This document shows positions 1 to 13,177 of a stretch of DNA of 64,000 nt, one piece after another (within the stretch, counting starts at the first letter, position 1; each line of letters opens with the position of its first letter). Origin of the DNA: Laetmonice hystrix. Lineage: Eukaryota. A program made the position numbers and the translations under genes. The notes below the pieces were generated by a model. That model was given only the letters and a program-made list of their open reading frames with translations. It was not told the origin of the DNA and did no database searches. Location: contig OZ249442.1 in assembly GCA_965235115.1 (NCBI GenBank), forward strand, positions 15,748,001 to 15,812,000, written 5' to 3'.

Positions 1-3000
1 TATAGGCTACTGGAGTTTGAAATTAAATATACCGCATGTCTGAATTTTACAGCCTTGAGAATTCAGCTCCTCTGCGTTCGGTAACGCATGTAGGGGCCTA
101 GTCGTGTCTCTTCTAACATTCACATGGCAAGGTGAATTCTAGAATACGACTCATGGTCATGAGGCGAAACAGAACATAAACTCAAAGCTACCAGTTCCGG
201 GGGCAAAGACACCTATTGGAGTGTAGGCCCACGACCCATGCAGGGGCAAAGAACAGCAATCCCAGCAAACACGGTATGTTTTTACAACGTTGCTAATAAA
301 CGTTTCTGCAATGCTATAAATGTTTTATTTGGAGTAATTCCGTCCATCCGTCCCATCCATTCTTCCAACGCCGATACATATTACTAAGTATTTGAAACAT
401 GTCAGAAATTCGTGGTTCTTGTCGGGAGATCAGGTTACTGTCGGATTGTATCAGAGGCGAGCTTTGGTCATGATTAGAAGGGGTCTGGTAGATCTCTCGG
501 TTATCAGGTAACCCAATTCGGGAACAGAGATCGAAAATATACGATCCACGTCATGTGTAACGTTACATAGTGAAGTATCATAAAGTAAAATCACATACAA
601 TCAGTCCTTTGGGTGATGTACTTTATGTTCAATATATTCCGGTTGCACACGAAATCTGACGGATACTTGTGGTTGGGCGTAATAGGGGCCTACAATAAAA
701 AAGGGGGAGGGGGAGGTTGGATATGGGTAGACATACGGTTTGGACATATAGCAAATGGTACAACTGCATGAGGACACCTGCACTAAGAACAGGCGGTATG
801 TGGTTATCGAAATTACTTATGATCTAGGAGGTCTACATTCCTAAAATGAAGCCTTTTCGACCCTAGGCCTTTTTCAGATTTCCTATTTGGATCCTCCTAT
901 CCATGTTGCCCCCCCCCCCCTCCATTCTCGTCTGCTTCTAAAATAGTGAAAGATTTCCAACTTTTCTGTAGAAACACACAGTTCAAGCGTTTCCATTAGG
1001 GCCATGCGTTTTTAGACTAAAAACATTGTACGAACTAATGGCTTTACTAATGACCAAAGTATATAAAAACAACACATTATTTGATTGTTATTTATTCACT
1101 TGCTACTGATGCAATCAAAATAATCGGTTTATGCGTCATCATTATTACAAGAAAACAAAAAGAAGTTTTTTCATCTCTATCCAAACGCCTTGTTAATTGA
1201 GATTGGTTTTATACGCCTAACGAGCGGCCTATGGATCTATATTATTCCAATTAGTAGGTCCCCATCAATGTTTACCCCAAACTACCGTTGTAATAATAAT
1301 TATTATTGATCAATTGCTTTTACAATTGCTCAACTAAATGCATGAAAATTGGACTGCGCAAAAACTACCCAAGCCCTGTATATAATTGTGAAAATAGGCG
1401 ACACAAATTTGGCCTGATAAGATCAAAGACCGATTAGACGGTCTTTGATAAAATCTACCTCGCGATGTAGTTGGAGTAGCTGCCACCTCTGGCGCCTCTT
1501 GTAGCTGACTTATGAGTATTATACTACTGCTCAAGGCTACCGTATATTGTATAAAAGTACTAAAGCGTCGCTAACACGGCGTCAATATGAAGGTGTTCAT
1601 ACTGTAATAAGATCCAAGTCCGCGCACTACTGACGATCTAGAAGGATAACAAATTCTGCACACCTGCTGGACTCCCTGATCGATAGATTTAAAGGGTAAT
1701 GCAGTAACTGATGCTTAAACTTGAAGAGCAACCTATCTTTTGTACTATCCCTGCCGCCAAGACAAACGACAGTGTGGGGGGGGGGCGTTATTATAGGCCC
1801 ACACGATATATAAACTCCAGTCTCAAGAAAAGAAATCCCATTCGTCAACAATTCAACTGGATGTCATCCTGCGATTCGATCCAACGAGGAGTTCTCGAAC
1901 AATATGATACATGTGTTCTATTGAAGAGTGCAGTAAAACGATATTATCAGTGATCCCATGTTTGATAAGGCAGGTAGGTATACTTCCGTATTACGTTATT
2001 GAACATGGGATGACGATTTTATTATTTGGTTTTCAAAGCGAGGCTACCAAGTAATACAGTCCCCTCCGGTGACGTCAAACATGTAATACAGGAAATATCA
2101 GCGCTGGGACGTTCAACCCTCGATCAACCCCGTAGTACAGCTTTATATTGAGAAATAACCGACCAACCACGTTTCAGTATTCTACATTTTAATGTAATTG
2201 TAATTTGGAAATTAGTAACCGACGTCAGGGGGCTATTTCTAGACGCAGGTGCAGCTTATCTGCGTAACTTCAAAAAAATAAGAATTAATGGGGTAGAAAG
2301 ATATCCTGGGAAAATTGTCCAGTCATTCGGTCATAGACGTCAGTGAATCGCACATCGACCCTCCTAACGACACTGGAGATGGTTTTTATGATCGACACCC
2401 CCTCAGGACCTGAATACTTCCAGCTGCCATAAAACCAGCAATAAATGATTGTCAGCAAACAATCACAGTTCCAGGAGTTTTCTGAAATCTTCCGGGAATT
2501 GCTGTATTCTTTTCTCTCCAGGACATCATCCGGCCATAAGGAGACAGTGAACCGGTGGATTTTACGCCCTGTCACCAGTATTTCAACCATACTGACAGCG
2601 TAAATACAACGTTTATAAATTGTTCAGTTGATGTTCCAAGGGGGTGATGATGAAGATGAAGTGAGAAAGAAACCTGCCACCTGGGAGCAATCCCTTACAC
2701 TTTTTGAACCATGGAACGTCAACTCTGGTGGCCAGAGGCGTAGGAAGACGCAAACAGTGATGTGTGCATCCCTTTAAAAAAATCAAAACGTATATTTAAA
2801 CGCAAACTCAGCAGTGATATGAAGGGGCGAAGTAAGCCCCCGTGAAAACTATGCCATACATCTGTACCTTGCCATGTACTTTACGTATACGTGTGCACCT
2901 AAAAGTTTTGCTACAAAGCATGAAAAACAAGATAGAACACGGATGTAGCGAAAGTTAATATCCCGAACTGCAACCCTTAATGAGGTTGCCCTGGTTCTTG

Positions 3001-3338
3001 GCGGATGGATTGCAATCAAACCTGGTTGAGGCCTAGCAAGCATAAATTGGATGCGGAGTTGCGCAGGCAGACGTTTGTAGAAATGTAATCAGTTTGTGGC
3101 ATTGCACCACACGCACGGAATTATGGTATTCTTGAGCTTACGTCGACCTCCCATAATCACACCCTGTTTGGTATCCCTCTAGGCCCTACTTCGTGCGAAT
3201 AATGCTCATGTGTAGATAATAGATGCAATGATTTAAATCACGCTTTATCCGCTTATAAATGGTGATCACAAAGGTAATTATTTAGAAATAGCATATTAAC
3301 TTGCGCAGTAGTCTTTATGTTCTGCTATGTGTGTGGGC

Positions 3339-3374
3339 GAGGAGCAGGAGGAGGAGGAGGAGGAGGAGGAGGAG
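3339..3374. repeat. (GGA)n microsatellite
   Basis: Run of gga/gag triplets. Confidence 0.85.
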
Positions 3375-3527
3375 CTACCTGAACTGGACGGGTGCAGCTT
3401 GCGAGTGCTCTCCTTGAAAACCGCACCACATCTACACATCTCTCGCAACCAAATCATCTGATCACATTATTTCCAGAAGGAGCAACCATAATATAGCTCG
3501 AGCATATGGTTAGAGCAATGTACTCAC

Positions 3528-6500
3528 CCACAGACGTGCTCAAGTTGAATATCGGTGTATGTGGGGAAGATAGTCTGTTCGGTGAACTGTTGAAGTGGTT
3601 TCATGCACCGTTCAATGTCCTTGACTGTACACGTGTGCCAGCACAGGATACCAGCAACTGTAACAGACCACGACAATATACCTTCAAAATCCTCAAGCAA
3701 CGTTTGCTCAAATTCTAAAAGCCTTTATCTGTTAACAAGTCTGTAGGATTACACTTGTTGAGGGTAACGTTCACCCATAACCTCTATTGCCATTCATTTT
3801 TAAGACCATTACATATGTATACACATGTATATTATTCAAAACGTCACAGTCTCAGGCCCCATTCACACAGCGGCCGATAGCGACACTGACACCGACGCCG
3901 ACGTCGTTGGCCGACACACGGCCGGAGAATAGAGAGCAATGACAACAATATGTTACGTCCAGAGGTAATACCAACTGACGTTCATGGCTGTCTGTTGTCT
4001 ACTTTTCATCAAAATCATTAGAGGCGACCCTTCCGAAATAGCACTACGCCACATATTATGTTGATACCCACTTCTCTAGTTACTCCTGTACCGAGAACGA
4101 AGGCGATTAACGCTATCAAATGCTTTACGAAGATCTGTGAATAAGGCCAAATCACAGTTAATAGTGACACTTATTGCAACAAAAGATGTGTATCACCAGT
4201 AGGTTTTCCGGCAGTTTTCCTGCACTTATAATCATCCATCATTCGCAGGAAACACAACCAGACCATTCTTAACTATTTCTATACAATTAGCATCTTTATG
4301 AATGGCCGAGTGCGTTGCCTTCATTCTGTACATGGATGGAAGAAGTCCATCAACGACTTCACCAGGTAACTTTTACCTGTTAAGTCCACGTACATTACCG
4401 CGAATCCTGCTAGTTGGATTTCCCCAACAAAATGTCTAGGGGTAGTAGGTACCTAACGCAACCTTTAGCCGTGGTTAGTTGATATTCAGCGGCATGCAGC
4501 TGGGCTAAATTAAGTTTGACAAATTGGACATCTTGGCGTGGAGAGTGGTGCCGAGGGTGGTGGCATGGATGACGGCCTCAGGGCCCGGATTCCGTTCATT
4601 GTGGAGGAGGGCGACGTGGTTGTGTCTGTCGCAGAATCTCCTTATCTCTGTTTAAAAGTTTTTTTCTATAGGTTTCTAGTCATGGGAGCAGATAAATAAA
4701 GACACACTGAAAAAGAGATACATCCTTTACAGGATCATTACCAGAAGTATGCTACGCACGCAGCGGCCAGAATGATTGCATTTGGGAGTTGTCGTCCTCA
4801 CAGACAAGGAAAGAATCGGTTTGATACTATTGTAATTCTATTTTTAATTATTCCATATGTTCATGTGCAATCAACGGACGTCCTTGCTTTTATAGAACAT
4901 TGTGTGCATGTTGATTAAAGTCAATGTATTGAATGATATAGCCTTATTTGAGCGCATTGCCCTGAAAATAGCCTTCAGTTTCTGTAAAAATGCGGGGGTA
5001 ACACATATCAATGTATTGAGGTTTTGGCACTGCCATTAATTATAGGCTGGGCTTAATTAGGCTTGAAACCAAATAGCTGCACCTTTCAACCCAGTCGATT
5101 TACTTGATAATGATAAACGCTTGAAGATCAGGGAGGTCTCAATTTGCCCGGGTTGGCAGAGCAGGGCAGGACTTGTCACCGCCCTGCAACCGCTGGACTG
5201 CCGGGCCAAGGCCGCCAGGCTCAACAAGAGCATACAAACGACCCTTTGTTGGCAGCAGCACTTGGTAAAGCGTCCATCTCCATCACCATCCTTTGTGAAC
5301 CACCACAACGGCGATCACCGCCCCTGTGAAAATAATGGAAATAACTCGAATGAATGTGACCGATTGAAAAGGAGCGCGCGTTGTATCTGTCCACATATAT
5401 CCCCCCGTGGTGATTGAGTTCGGCGCACGGCCATCGACTTGATGCTGATTGGCATTAACCTGCCATCATGTCCTCTACATCTTCATTGAACAAAAGGGAA
5501 TGGCGCATCGTACTCCTAGCTCGATGCCGGCTATTATTACCACAACCTACTTCAGATTTATCATATTTATGACTACAGTACACTAATGGAAATACATGTA
5601 GCACCTTTTCATGTCTCCAATAGGGGGAGTGGTAGTGGACGACGACCATATAGATTCTTCTATTAGCCAGGACGCAGTCCTTAGAGCTGTAGATTGCGGG
5701 ACGTTGCCATAGCTTCCTCTTTCATGCTAACTTTAATTTATCCACTTTACCAATTCAATAAGACGTGACAGAGACTCAGCGGCCGAGTCAAAACGATGGA
5801 CACAAGAATAACGACGATAGGCTCATCACTTCATAAACAGTCTGGTCAACTCTGACCGAGATATACATAACGAATGTAATGGATGAATCAGTCATTCGGA
5901 GCGAAAAGAGAGTCCCTGCACTTTAGTTTTTAATGAGAACCCCCATGACGTGAACGAGATTGTCTGACTAAAAATCAGATACTACATGTATTAACGTTTG
6001 ATAATTATACGGCACCCGGAACCATAATTACCTGGTCGCCTTGACAACCAGCGCCGATCTGTCTTAAGTCACCTTGTAAACCCATTGAAGCACAGAGTTA
6101 TAATTATTGGCGGCTTTCATAGATTCAATGCTCTGAGGTTATTTATTCGCTAGGTTCTGTGGTGTAAAAGTCATCATAGACGACCACGGCCAGGTGACAC
6201 ATGCAGACAGATAGCAGACGGTGTCGGATCTTTCTTTAGTTCATTTTCCCGACCTCCTACATTCATTGGCCGGAGAGGTCGCGGCTTATGTCCCCTGAGA
6301 AATCCAGTTCCTTGATCTCTTGGACAGCTTAGATGGGAACTGTTCTTGTCATATGTGGCCAATCATCATTGCTGCATAAAAGGGAAAGGGTGAAGGTTCC
6401 ATGGCAAATAGTTCCATCATACACACATACAGAATAGGGCAGGGGGAGGGGGAGTCGGTTATTGTGGTCATTGTCTCGGGGTGTGTTTCCATCACGGTGC

Positions 6501-9500
6501 AGAGTAGTTAACCCGTCACCTGTGCATGTATCGAGATTGTCCATTTATAGCGGCCCCAGCAGACAGCTAATACTATAGATAGTTGCAACTATATCAGTTC
6601 ATGGAAGGGTATTTTGACTGTCACTAACCTCAAAACCAAATTACCAATTACGATGAGTGCTCTTCGTCGACTTCTTCGCGTACAGTGCAATAGGGGCCTC
6701 CTCCCTTGGCCGCAAAGGGTGACACGCACCCTTCTACGACTTTATAATAGGATCTTGGAAATCTTCACCAGCAAACCGACAGCAATGACAACCAAGCCTG
6801 ACAACCTCATTGGCCCGCTAACAAGCATCTAGCAAGTCAGCCGGTTGGACCCAGCGTGTAATATAATCCATCCGCTGCTGGCGGATGATGTTCAACAGGA
6901 AGATCGCGTGATACGTAATTATCACTCAGTCAACGGGGCCCTTCGAATAACACCTTTCATCTTAACTTGTCATCCTCATTCACCTCCTCTGTCGAGGAGA
7001 CCATGACCCCACTCCTCCTGTATCAATCTGCACGAGGATTTTGTCCTCATTCCTGTCATAGTTTTATTTTATTTTCATCAGCTTTGTTCTTTAGTCCCAC
7101 TGATCGGTAATTGCAGATTCATGATGTGTTCGTTCCGTCCGTTCGAGCCGGTAGCTGTGTCCCCAGTGGTGGTGCAAATATTGGTGTATATTTCGTTTTC
7201 CTAATGATGTGTCGTAAATTTCTCCTCATACATCCTTACTCCTTCACAGCCCACACTCCGGCCGACCATCGCTCGACGTCAGGTCAAGGTTCACATAGGT
7301 TTAACTCTCAGCGATCGGTCGGCCGATGGCCGGATCGCTGAACTATAAACGTCGAGCGATGGTCGGCCGATGGTCGGCCGACGGACTATAAACCGGCCTT
7401 TACTCGAAACTGATCCAGAATTAATGATTTGCCATGCAGGCAGACAGTTTGAGACGACTATGGGGAAATCTTGTCTTACGTTCTCCGCTTGATTCATCCT
7501 CTTTCCGTATAGAGCCGTATAATACTTATTCTCCGCTTGATTCATCCTCTTTCCGTATAGAGCCGTATAATACTTATTTTCTAGTGTTGCCAAACACCAC
7601 GACCAAAGTCAAAGTCCCCTTCCCTTTTCTTTTGACCCTCAACATCACGAGATCCGCCATTGTCATTTTTCAAGAACTTCTCCGTTGTGGCTCGACAGAT
7701 GAAAAGTCCAGAATATACCAATGATACTCATACCGCGAACATCAGTCCCGAGGTAAATGACAGGTTCTCTAATTGATTTTGTTCATAATTATTGAAGTCG
7801 CACAATGTTAGGTAAACAGATCTGTTTTTGATTTGTTCATGGCCTCAACGGGCTTTGTAAAAAGATTATTACAAAGATTAAAAAGTGTGTTCGTATTTTT
7901 ATTGAATCGTTTATTTAGATGTTTTTCATGTTTGCTTCTTCACATATTTTATTCTTTATGCCCATTAACTCGAGGAAACGAATAGTCATGCCCCTGTGAC
8001 TCATGATATGATCAGATTACTTCACAGTCAGGTCCCAATCCCTGAGGGTCGAAATATTTTAGAGCATTTTAATTTAATTAGTGATGATGCTGATGATGGA
8101 GAAAACTTCCACATAGGAAGGCAATGTCTCAACAGAAGACGCAACGATTCTTCTACGTGCAAGAGATGAGAATGTGACCGTACGTATACTCCTGTCGTAA
8201 CTTTGACCGAAGAATGTGACCGTACGTATACTCCTGTCGTAACTTTGACCGGAGAATGTGACCGTACGTATACTCCTGTCATAACTTTGACCGGAGAATG
8301 TGACCGTACGTAAAATCCTGTCGTAACTTTGACCGGAGAATGTGTCCGTAAGTATACTCCTGTCGTAACTTTGACCGGAGAATGTGACCGTACGTATACT
8401 CCTGTCGTAACTTTGACCGGAGAATGTGACCGTACGTATACTCCTGTCGTAACTTTGACTGGCGAATGTGACCGTACGTATACTCCTGTCGTAACTTTGA
8501 CTGGAGAATGTGACCGTACGTATACTCCTGTCGTAACTTTGACCGGAGAATGTGACCGTACGTATACTCCTGTCGTAACTTTGACCGGAGAATGTGACCG
8601 TACGTATACTCCTGTCGTAACTTTGACCGGAGAATGTGACCGTACGTATACTCCTGTCGTAACTTTAACCGGAGAATGTGACCGTACGTATACTCCTGTC
8701 GTAACTTTGACCGGAGAATGTGACCATACGTATACTCCTGTCGTAACTTTGACCGGAGAATGTGACCGTACGTATACTCCTGTCGTAACTTTGACCAAAG
8801 AATGTGACCGTACGTATACTCCTGTCGTAACTTTGACCAGAGAATGTGACCGTACGTATACTCCTGTCGTAACTTTGACCGGAGAATGTGACCGTACGTA
8901 TACTCCTGTCATAACTTTTACCGGAGAATGTGACTGTACGTATACTCCTGTCGTAACTTTGACCGGAGAATGTGACCGTACGTATACTCCTGTCGTAACT
9001 TTGACCGGAGAATGTGACCGTACGTATACTCCTGTCGTAACTTTGACCGGAGAATGTGACCGTACGTATACTCCTGTCGTAACTTTGACCGGAGAATGTG
9101 ACCGTACGTATACTCCTGTCGTAACTTTGACCGGAGAATGTGACCGTACGTATACTCCTGTCGTAACTTTGACCGGAGAATGTGACCGTACGTATACTCC
9201 TGTCGTAACTTTGACCGGAGAATGTGACCGTACGTATACTCCTGTCGTAACTTTGACCGGAGAATGTGACCGTACGTATACTCCTGTCGTAACTTTGACC
9301 GGAGAATGTGACCGTACGTATACTCCTGTCGTAACTTTGACTGGAGAATGTGATCGTACGTATACTCCTGTCGTAACTTTGACTGGAGAATTGGGTTGTC
9401 TGTCCATAACTGAATCACTGACTCCCCGTTTTTTTACCTCCGCCAACGAAGGTTATGAGGTTATATTTTTAGCCCTGAGGTTATGTTTTCAGCCCTGTCT

Positions 9501-12384
9501 GTCTGTCTGTCTGTCTGTCTGCCTGTCTGCCTGCTTGTCTGTCTCTCTGTTCGTATGTTCGCAATTAAGGTATCTCTAAAAGTAATGAAAGTGATGGGTT
9601 TCAGATATAGATTTTGGAAAGATCCGTATTTTTTCGTGGATTCAGGATCATTGGCGATTTCTTCACCATTGCGAGATGGGTCAAAATGGAGGATTGCACC
9701 GCTTGGCGGAGGTATAATGCGCTCAACTGAGCGCCCCCTAGTTGTAACTTTAGTGTAGAAGCGCAGGTGCATGGACGCGAATTGCTGTAAGCCTTATTAC
9801 ACTATCCACCATTTTCTCGTCGACCTGATGAACGAGTGCCCTGCCTGAGAATAATTGGTGTCACCAAACCCAGTAGGCCTACCCAAGGAAATATATCAGG
9901 TGACATGACAAGGGTAAATGCAAGGAAGGTGACATGGTTTTCTTTCAATCGTGCCATGTCAAGTTTGAAACGTGACGGTGACCATCATAACGTGCGTGCA
10001 CTTAAGGGGCCTATATAGTTCAAGCTTTCAACACCAGAATCGCAGCAGTGGGCCGGCGCGTCGCCGACAGTTCAGTCGCAAGTGTGCACGTCTTCACTCT
10101 CGTTGTAGACATCGTGCAGTGTGCGCGTGTCAGTCTTTAATCGGAAATCGGAAAAAATAGCAAATATATATTTTGGGGTACAATCTGTGTCCTCAATTTT
10201 TGCTGAATCATGCAGGCCCTGGTTAGCGTTTGACTGATTACCCGACCTATTCTGTAAATAATAAATATTTGTCGGTGGAAAGCTGTCATATAGGAGATAA
10301 CGTCATTCGGGTATTACTACCCGAAATTATTGTTGTGGATGTGAAAGCTGCATGTAGATCGTGCTGCCCTCATTACGGCCTAATCATGAACGCCATGAAC
10401 ACTTTTATACCACAATGGGACGGGATGAAAAGGTCGGACGATCATGACAATTAATGGAAGTTGTAAATCAAGAAAAGGCGGTCGGAAAATACAGCTGGCA
10501 CCCAGGAATCGCGGTATAATTATAATGGAACGCTCGACGCGTATCGCAACCTGACATAGGCCGTTCAATAACGCTAACGATTTATTGCACATATAATTGG
10601 TCAGCTCGCAAACCTCTCTGGACAAGGAGCGCAGGTGACAAATCGGCAAAATGCAATATTTCAGCGTGGTCAGCTAAAGTGGCCGAGGCTTTGGTACGGA
10701 ACACCCCTCTCTAACTGCACGCCGCACGGATCCATGCCGTTAAACCCACAGAGAGACACACGAGGGACCAAGAGCTAGGAATAAGGCAAACTTAGCAGTT
10801 AACCGGAAATTTAACAATGTCTAGTTTCAGCCTCACATAGGCCCTATTTGGACTATGGTCCATTAATCTGCAAGCGTAGAAAGTAGTCTCTTGCGGATTA
10901 TAGGCCTACAGAGTTGATACCGTGTGCTAAAATACCGGCTGCGCCGCCCCTCCCCATCATCGCCGCATTATAGCTGAGTCGTTTGCCTCACCGTTGAGTT
11001 TGATTGTCCGTTTAATTCACACTTCCTACACTTACCTTAGCCGTCTGTCCGTTCATAAAGAAATCTCGTCGTGATTAACATATAGTTTCTCTCCGTCCGG
11101 GATATCGCGCCCAGGGTCCATGATGAGGCCCTGTTCCGGACATATCCGGATTACCTCTACCCGGTTACATCTAGCTGATATTTACGGACATTATCTCCTA
11201 TCGGACATAACTAGCCGTCCGGACATTATATGTAGCTGGAACAGGTCCTTTACCACTTGTAGTTCTGTTGTTACTTGTAGCTATTTCAGACTTGTATCCC
11301 ATTCTACGGGTACCCGACGCTCCATACAAAATAAATAATATACAGTCCCTGTAATTGATCATCTCTATAGAGGAGCGTATAATAAAGTAATCAAGAAGAA
11401 AGACAGTTCTAAGCATGATGAAAGGGTAAGTTATACCATAATGGTTTTCACAGATCAGTCTAGGGCCCTGCGTGTATATATTTTATACTTGTGCACTAGC
11501 TCCGTTCTGTTGTTATATACATTTGTGTGTATGTGAAGTCAACACTACAGTGTGTGGAGGCGATCGTATATATGGTATCTATGCGGCTATATGGTAATTG
11601 CTGTGCGGAAAATGGAATGTCAACCCTCCCTATCGTTTTCTATGTGAAAGCGGAACAGTCAACATTTCCTTTCACTTTTTGCGACCACTACTGTTAATTC
11701 AAGCAATGGAATGAGTTATATCGTCGTCTCCAGGAGGATCTGTCAATGAATTTGGCATAGCTACTTCAAATTAATGCAGGTCTACAATGCGCAGTGATGT
11801 AAATTTCCTTCATGAATATTTCTGTACAGGTCGAATCCATGTCTGGAAATGCACGCACTTAATTAAGTCTTTGTGCATTGTTGAGGTCACTACTAAAATG
11901 AAGTGCCACATCTCTTTCAAGCCAGTAAAAATATGGCATTCCCTGAAACGGCTAAAGGTAGCCATCGCTTTCTAGTCCTGTTTTTCATATAGCATCTCCA
12001 TCAGGTAGGCCCGGTCATACCACCATGCAGATAAATCCGAAATAAAAAAACAGAAATGGTTGAAGTAGCGCATGCAGCATACTATGAACCCTATATCCTA
12101 TTCATGGCCCCTTCTCCGGGGGGGGGGGGGGGGCTCATGTAGGAGACTTATTCAGAAAATATAATGAAGAAAGGCCTAATAGATTCGTATAGGCCTATTG
12201 CTTTCTCTCTGTAGCCAGAGTAGCCCTATAGACCTCTAGATCAATGGTTGTATACTTTGAGTCTTTGCCGCTATCTTTCCCCAACAAACTCAAAGATAGG
12301 ACACCCCTCTAACAAGACGTTTCTAATACTTATTGCCGACTTACCGTGTAGAAGCAGCAGCTGGCCCGTCCAGTGCCATTGCAT
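3528..12384 (-). CDS. Tentative 5' part of a secreted Cys-rich protein gene: join(12384..12345, 3657..3528); later exons not found in the window
   Basis: Exon 1: ATG at 12384, MQWHWTGQLLLLH+G, donor G|GTAAGT (phase 1). Exon 2: acceptor TGTTACAG|, 130 nt open, donor GG|GTGAGT. Joined, they read MQWHWTGQLLLLHVAGILC-WHTCTVKDIERCMKPLQQFTEQTIFPTYTDIQLEHVCG, a signal-peptide-like start followed by spaced cysteines. The intron would be 8.7 kb. Confidence 0.45.
7258..7400. mobile_element. Palindromic MITE-like fragment
   Basis: cggccgaccatcgctcgacgt (7258-7278) and its reverse complement acgtcgagcgatggtcggccg (~7349-7369), plus repeated tcggccgatgg. Only one apparent terminus was seen. Confidence 0.4.
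7481..7578. repeat. 48-bp tandem duplication (2 copies)
   Basis: ttctccgcttgattcatcctctttccgtatagagccgtataatacttat starts at 7481 and 7529. Confidence 0.9.
8168..9390. repeat. 42-bp minisatellite, ~29 copies
   Basis: Unit GAGAATGTGACCGTACGTATACTCCTGTCGTAACTTTGACCG, near-identical copies. It accounts for the 472, 416 and 166 aa repeat ORFs. Confidence 0.97.
9431..9743 (+). mobile_element. DINE-1/HINE-like non-autonomous Helentron (rolling-circle) element
   Basis: 5' T-run; 12-bp subterminal inverted repeats TACCTCCGCCAA (9435-9446) / TTGGCGGAGGTA (9703-9714); internal (GTCT)n microsatellite ~9497-9545; 3' stem-loop GCGCTC-AACT-GAGCGC (9719-9734); ends CTAGTT. Confidence 0.75.
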
Positions 12385-13177
12385 TGTGTCCCGCTGTTTC
12401 TGTTTCCCTCTCGGGGCGTCCTACTCCAGTACTGTCTCGAGTTCCTCCAAGTCGGCCTCCTACACTGCAGTTCTACCACAGCCCTCTCAAATCTATATGA
12501 CGCAATCTTAAGGCCCAAGTAAGAACACAGTTCAACCTCTTCCGATGCGACTGTAGAGTTTCAGAACCATCCTGGACAAGATGCAGGCGTCAATGGTTCT
12601 AGATTTAAGGCAGTCTTACGCGATTACCCCGGATTTAGGGCGTCTATCGCACGGAAGAGGCGCGCCTGGCGCGATAGTGCTGTACGTGGGTCGTGTGGGT
12701 GCGGGTGTGGGTGAGGGTGGGTGGGTGTACCGCTGCGTGCCCGACACGTGCGTTCGTTCGTACCTTGTGGTTGCTCTCGGACTCTGCGAGCTGCAGCAGA
12801 CGTTTATCTGCAGTCCGCAGAGCTGCTCGGATCTCGCTCGCCCCCATCCAACGATGGAGCGCTGGAAATAGAGCCGAGACGCTGCTCCGTGGGAACTACC
12901 TGGGATATAATTATATTCATTGATAGGAATGGTGAAACTCGGCGATAGGTGAAAGACTTAGGTAATCGGAATGGATTAGGCCTTTACAGACAGGGGATGG
13001 TAATTGGATAAGGCCTATATGGGATTGTCCACTTAGGGTGGCTTCCAAGTGCACATGTAGGCCTAGATAGAGACAAAGCAATTCCGCTTAGAAGTTAGGA
13101 GTTAGGCCAAGTGAACAGCGCTAATGTTTGTTAGAAATGTGCTTAATTCGCACACAACAGGTTTGTTTTATTCCCTC

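Noticed and set aside
2285-2590. 101-aa minus-strand ORF containing NSWNCDCLL, similar to an LRR C-terminal cap
   Set aside because: Only one short motif matches, with no leucine-rich repeats nearby and no clear splice context; it may be chance or a decayed fragment.
4291-4365. Plus-strand exon-like segment (TTAG|...CCAG|GTAACT) open in two frames
   Set aside because: I found no partner exons and could not recognise the product.
5057-5417. GC-rich segment with several overlapping ORFs and a strong minus-strand acceptor at 5323
   Set aside because: All three phases after the acceptor stop early, and no consistent gene model could be built.
8028-9579. 472-aa and 416-aa ORFs (VKVTTGVYVRSHSP / ECDRTYTPVVTLTG repeats) resembling mucin or antifreeze proteins
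   Set aside because: They are stop-free readings of a 42-bp minisatellite on both strands, with no unique coding flanks; one runs into a transposon microsatellite.
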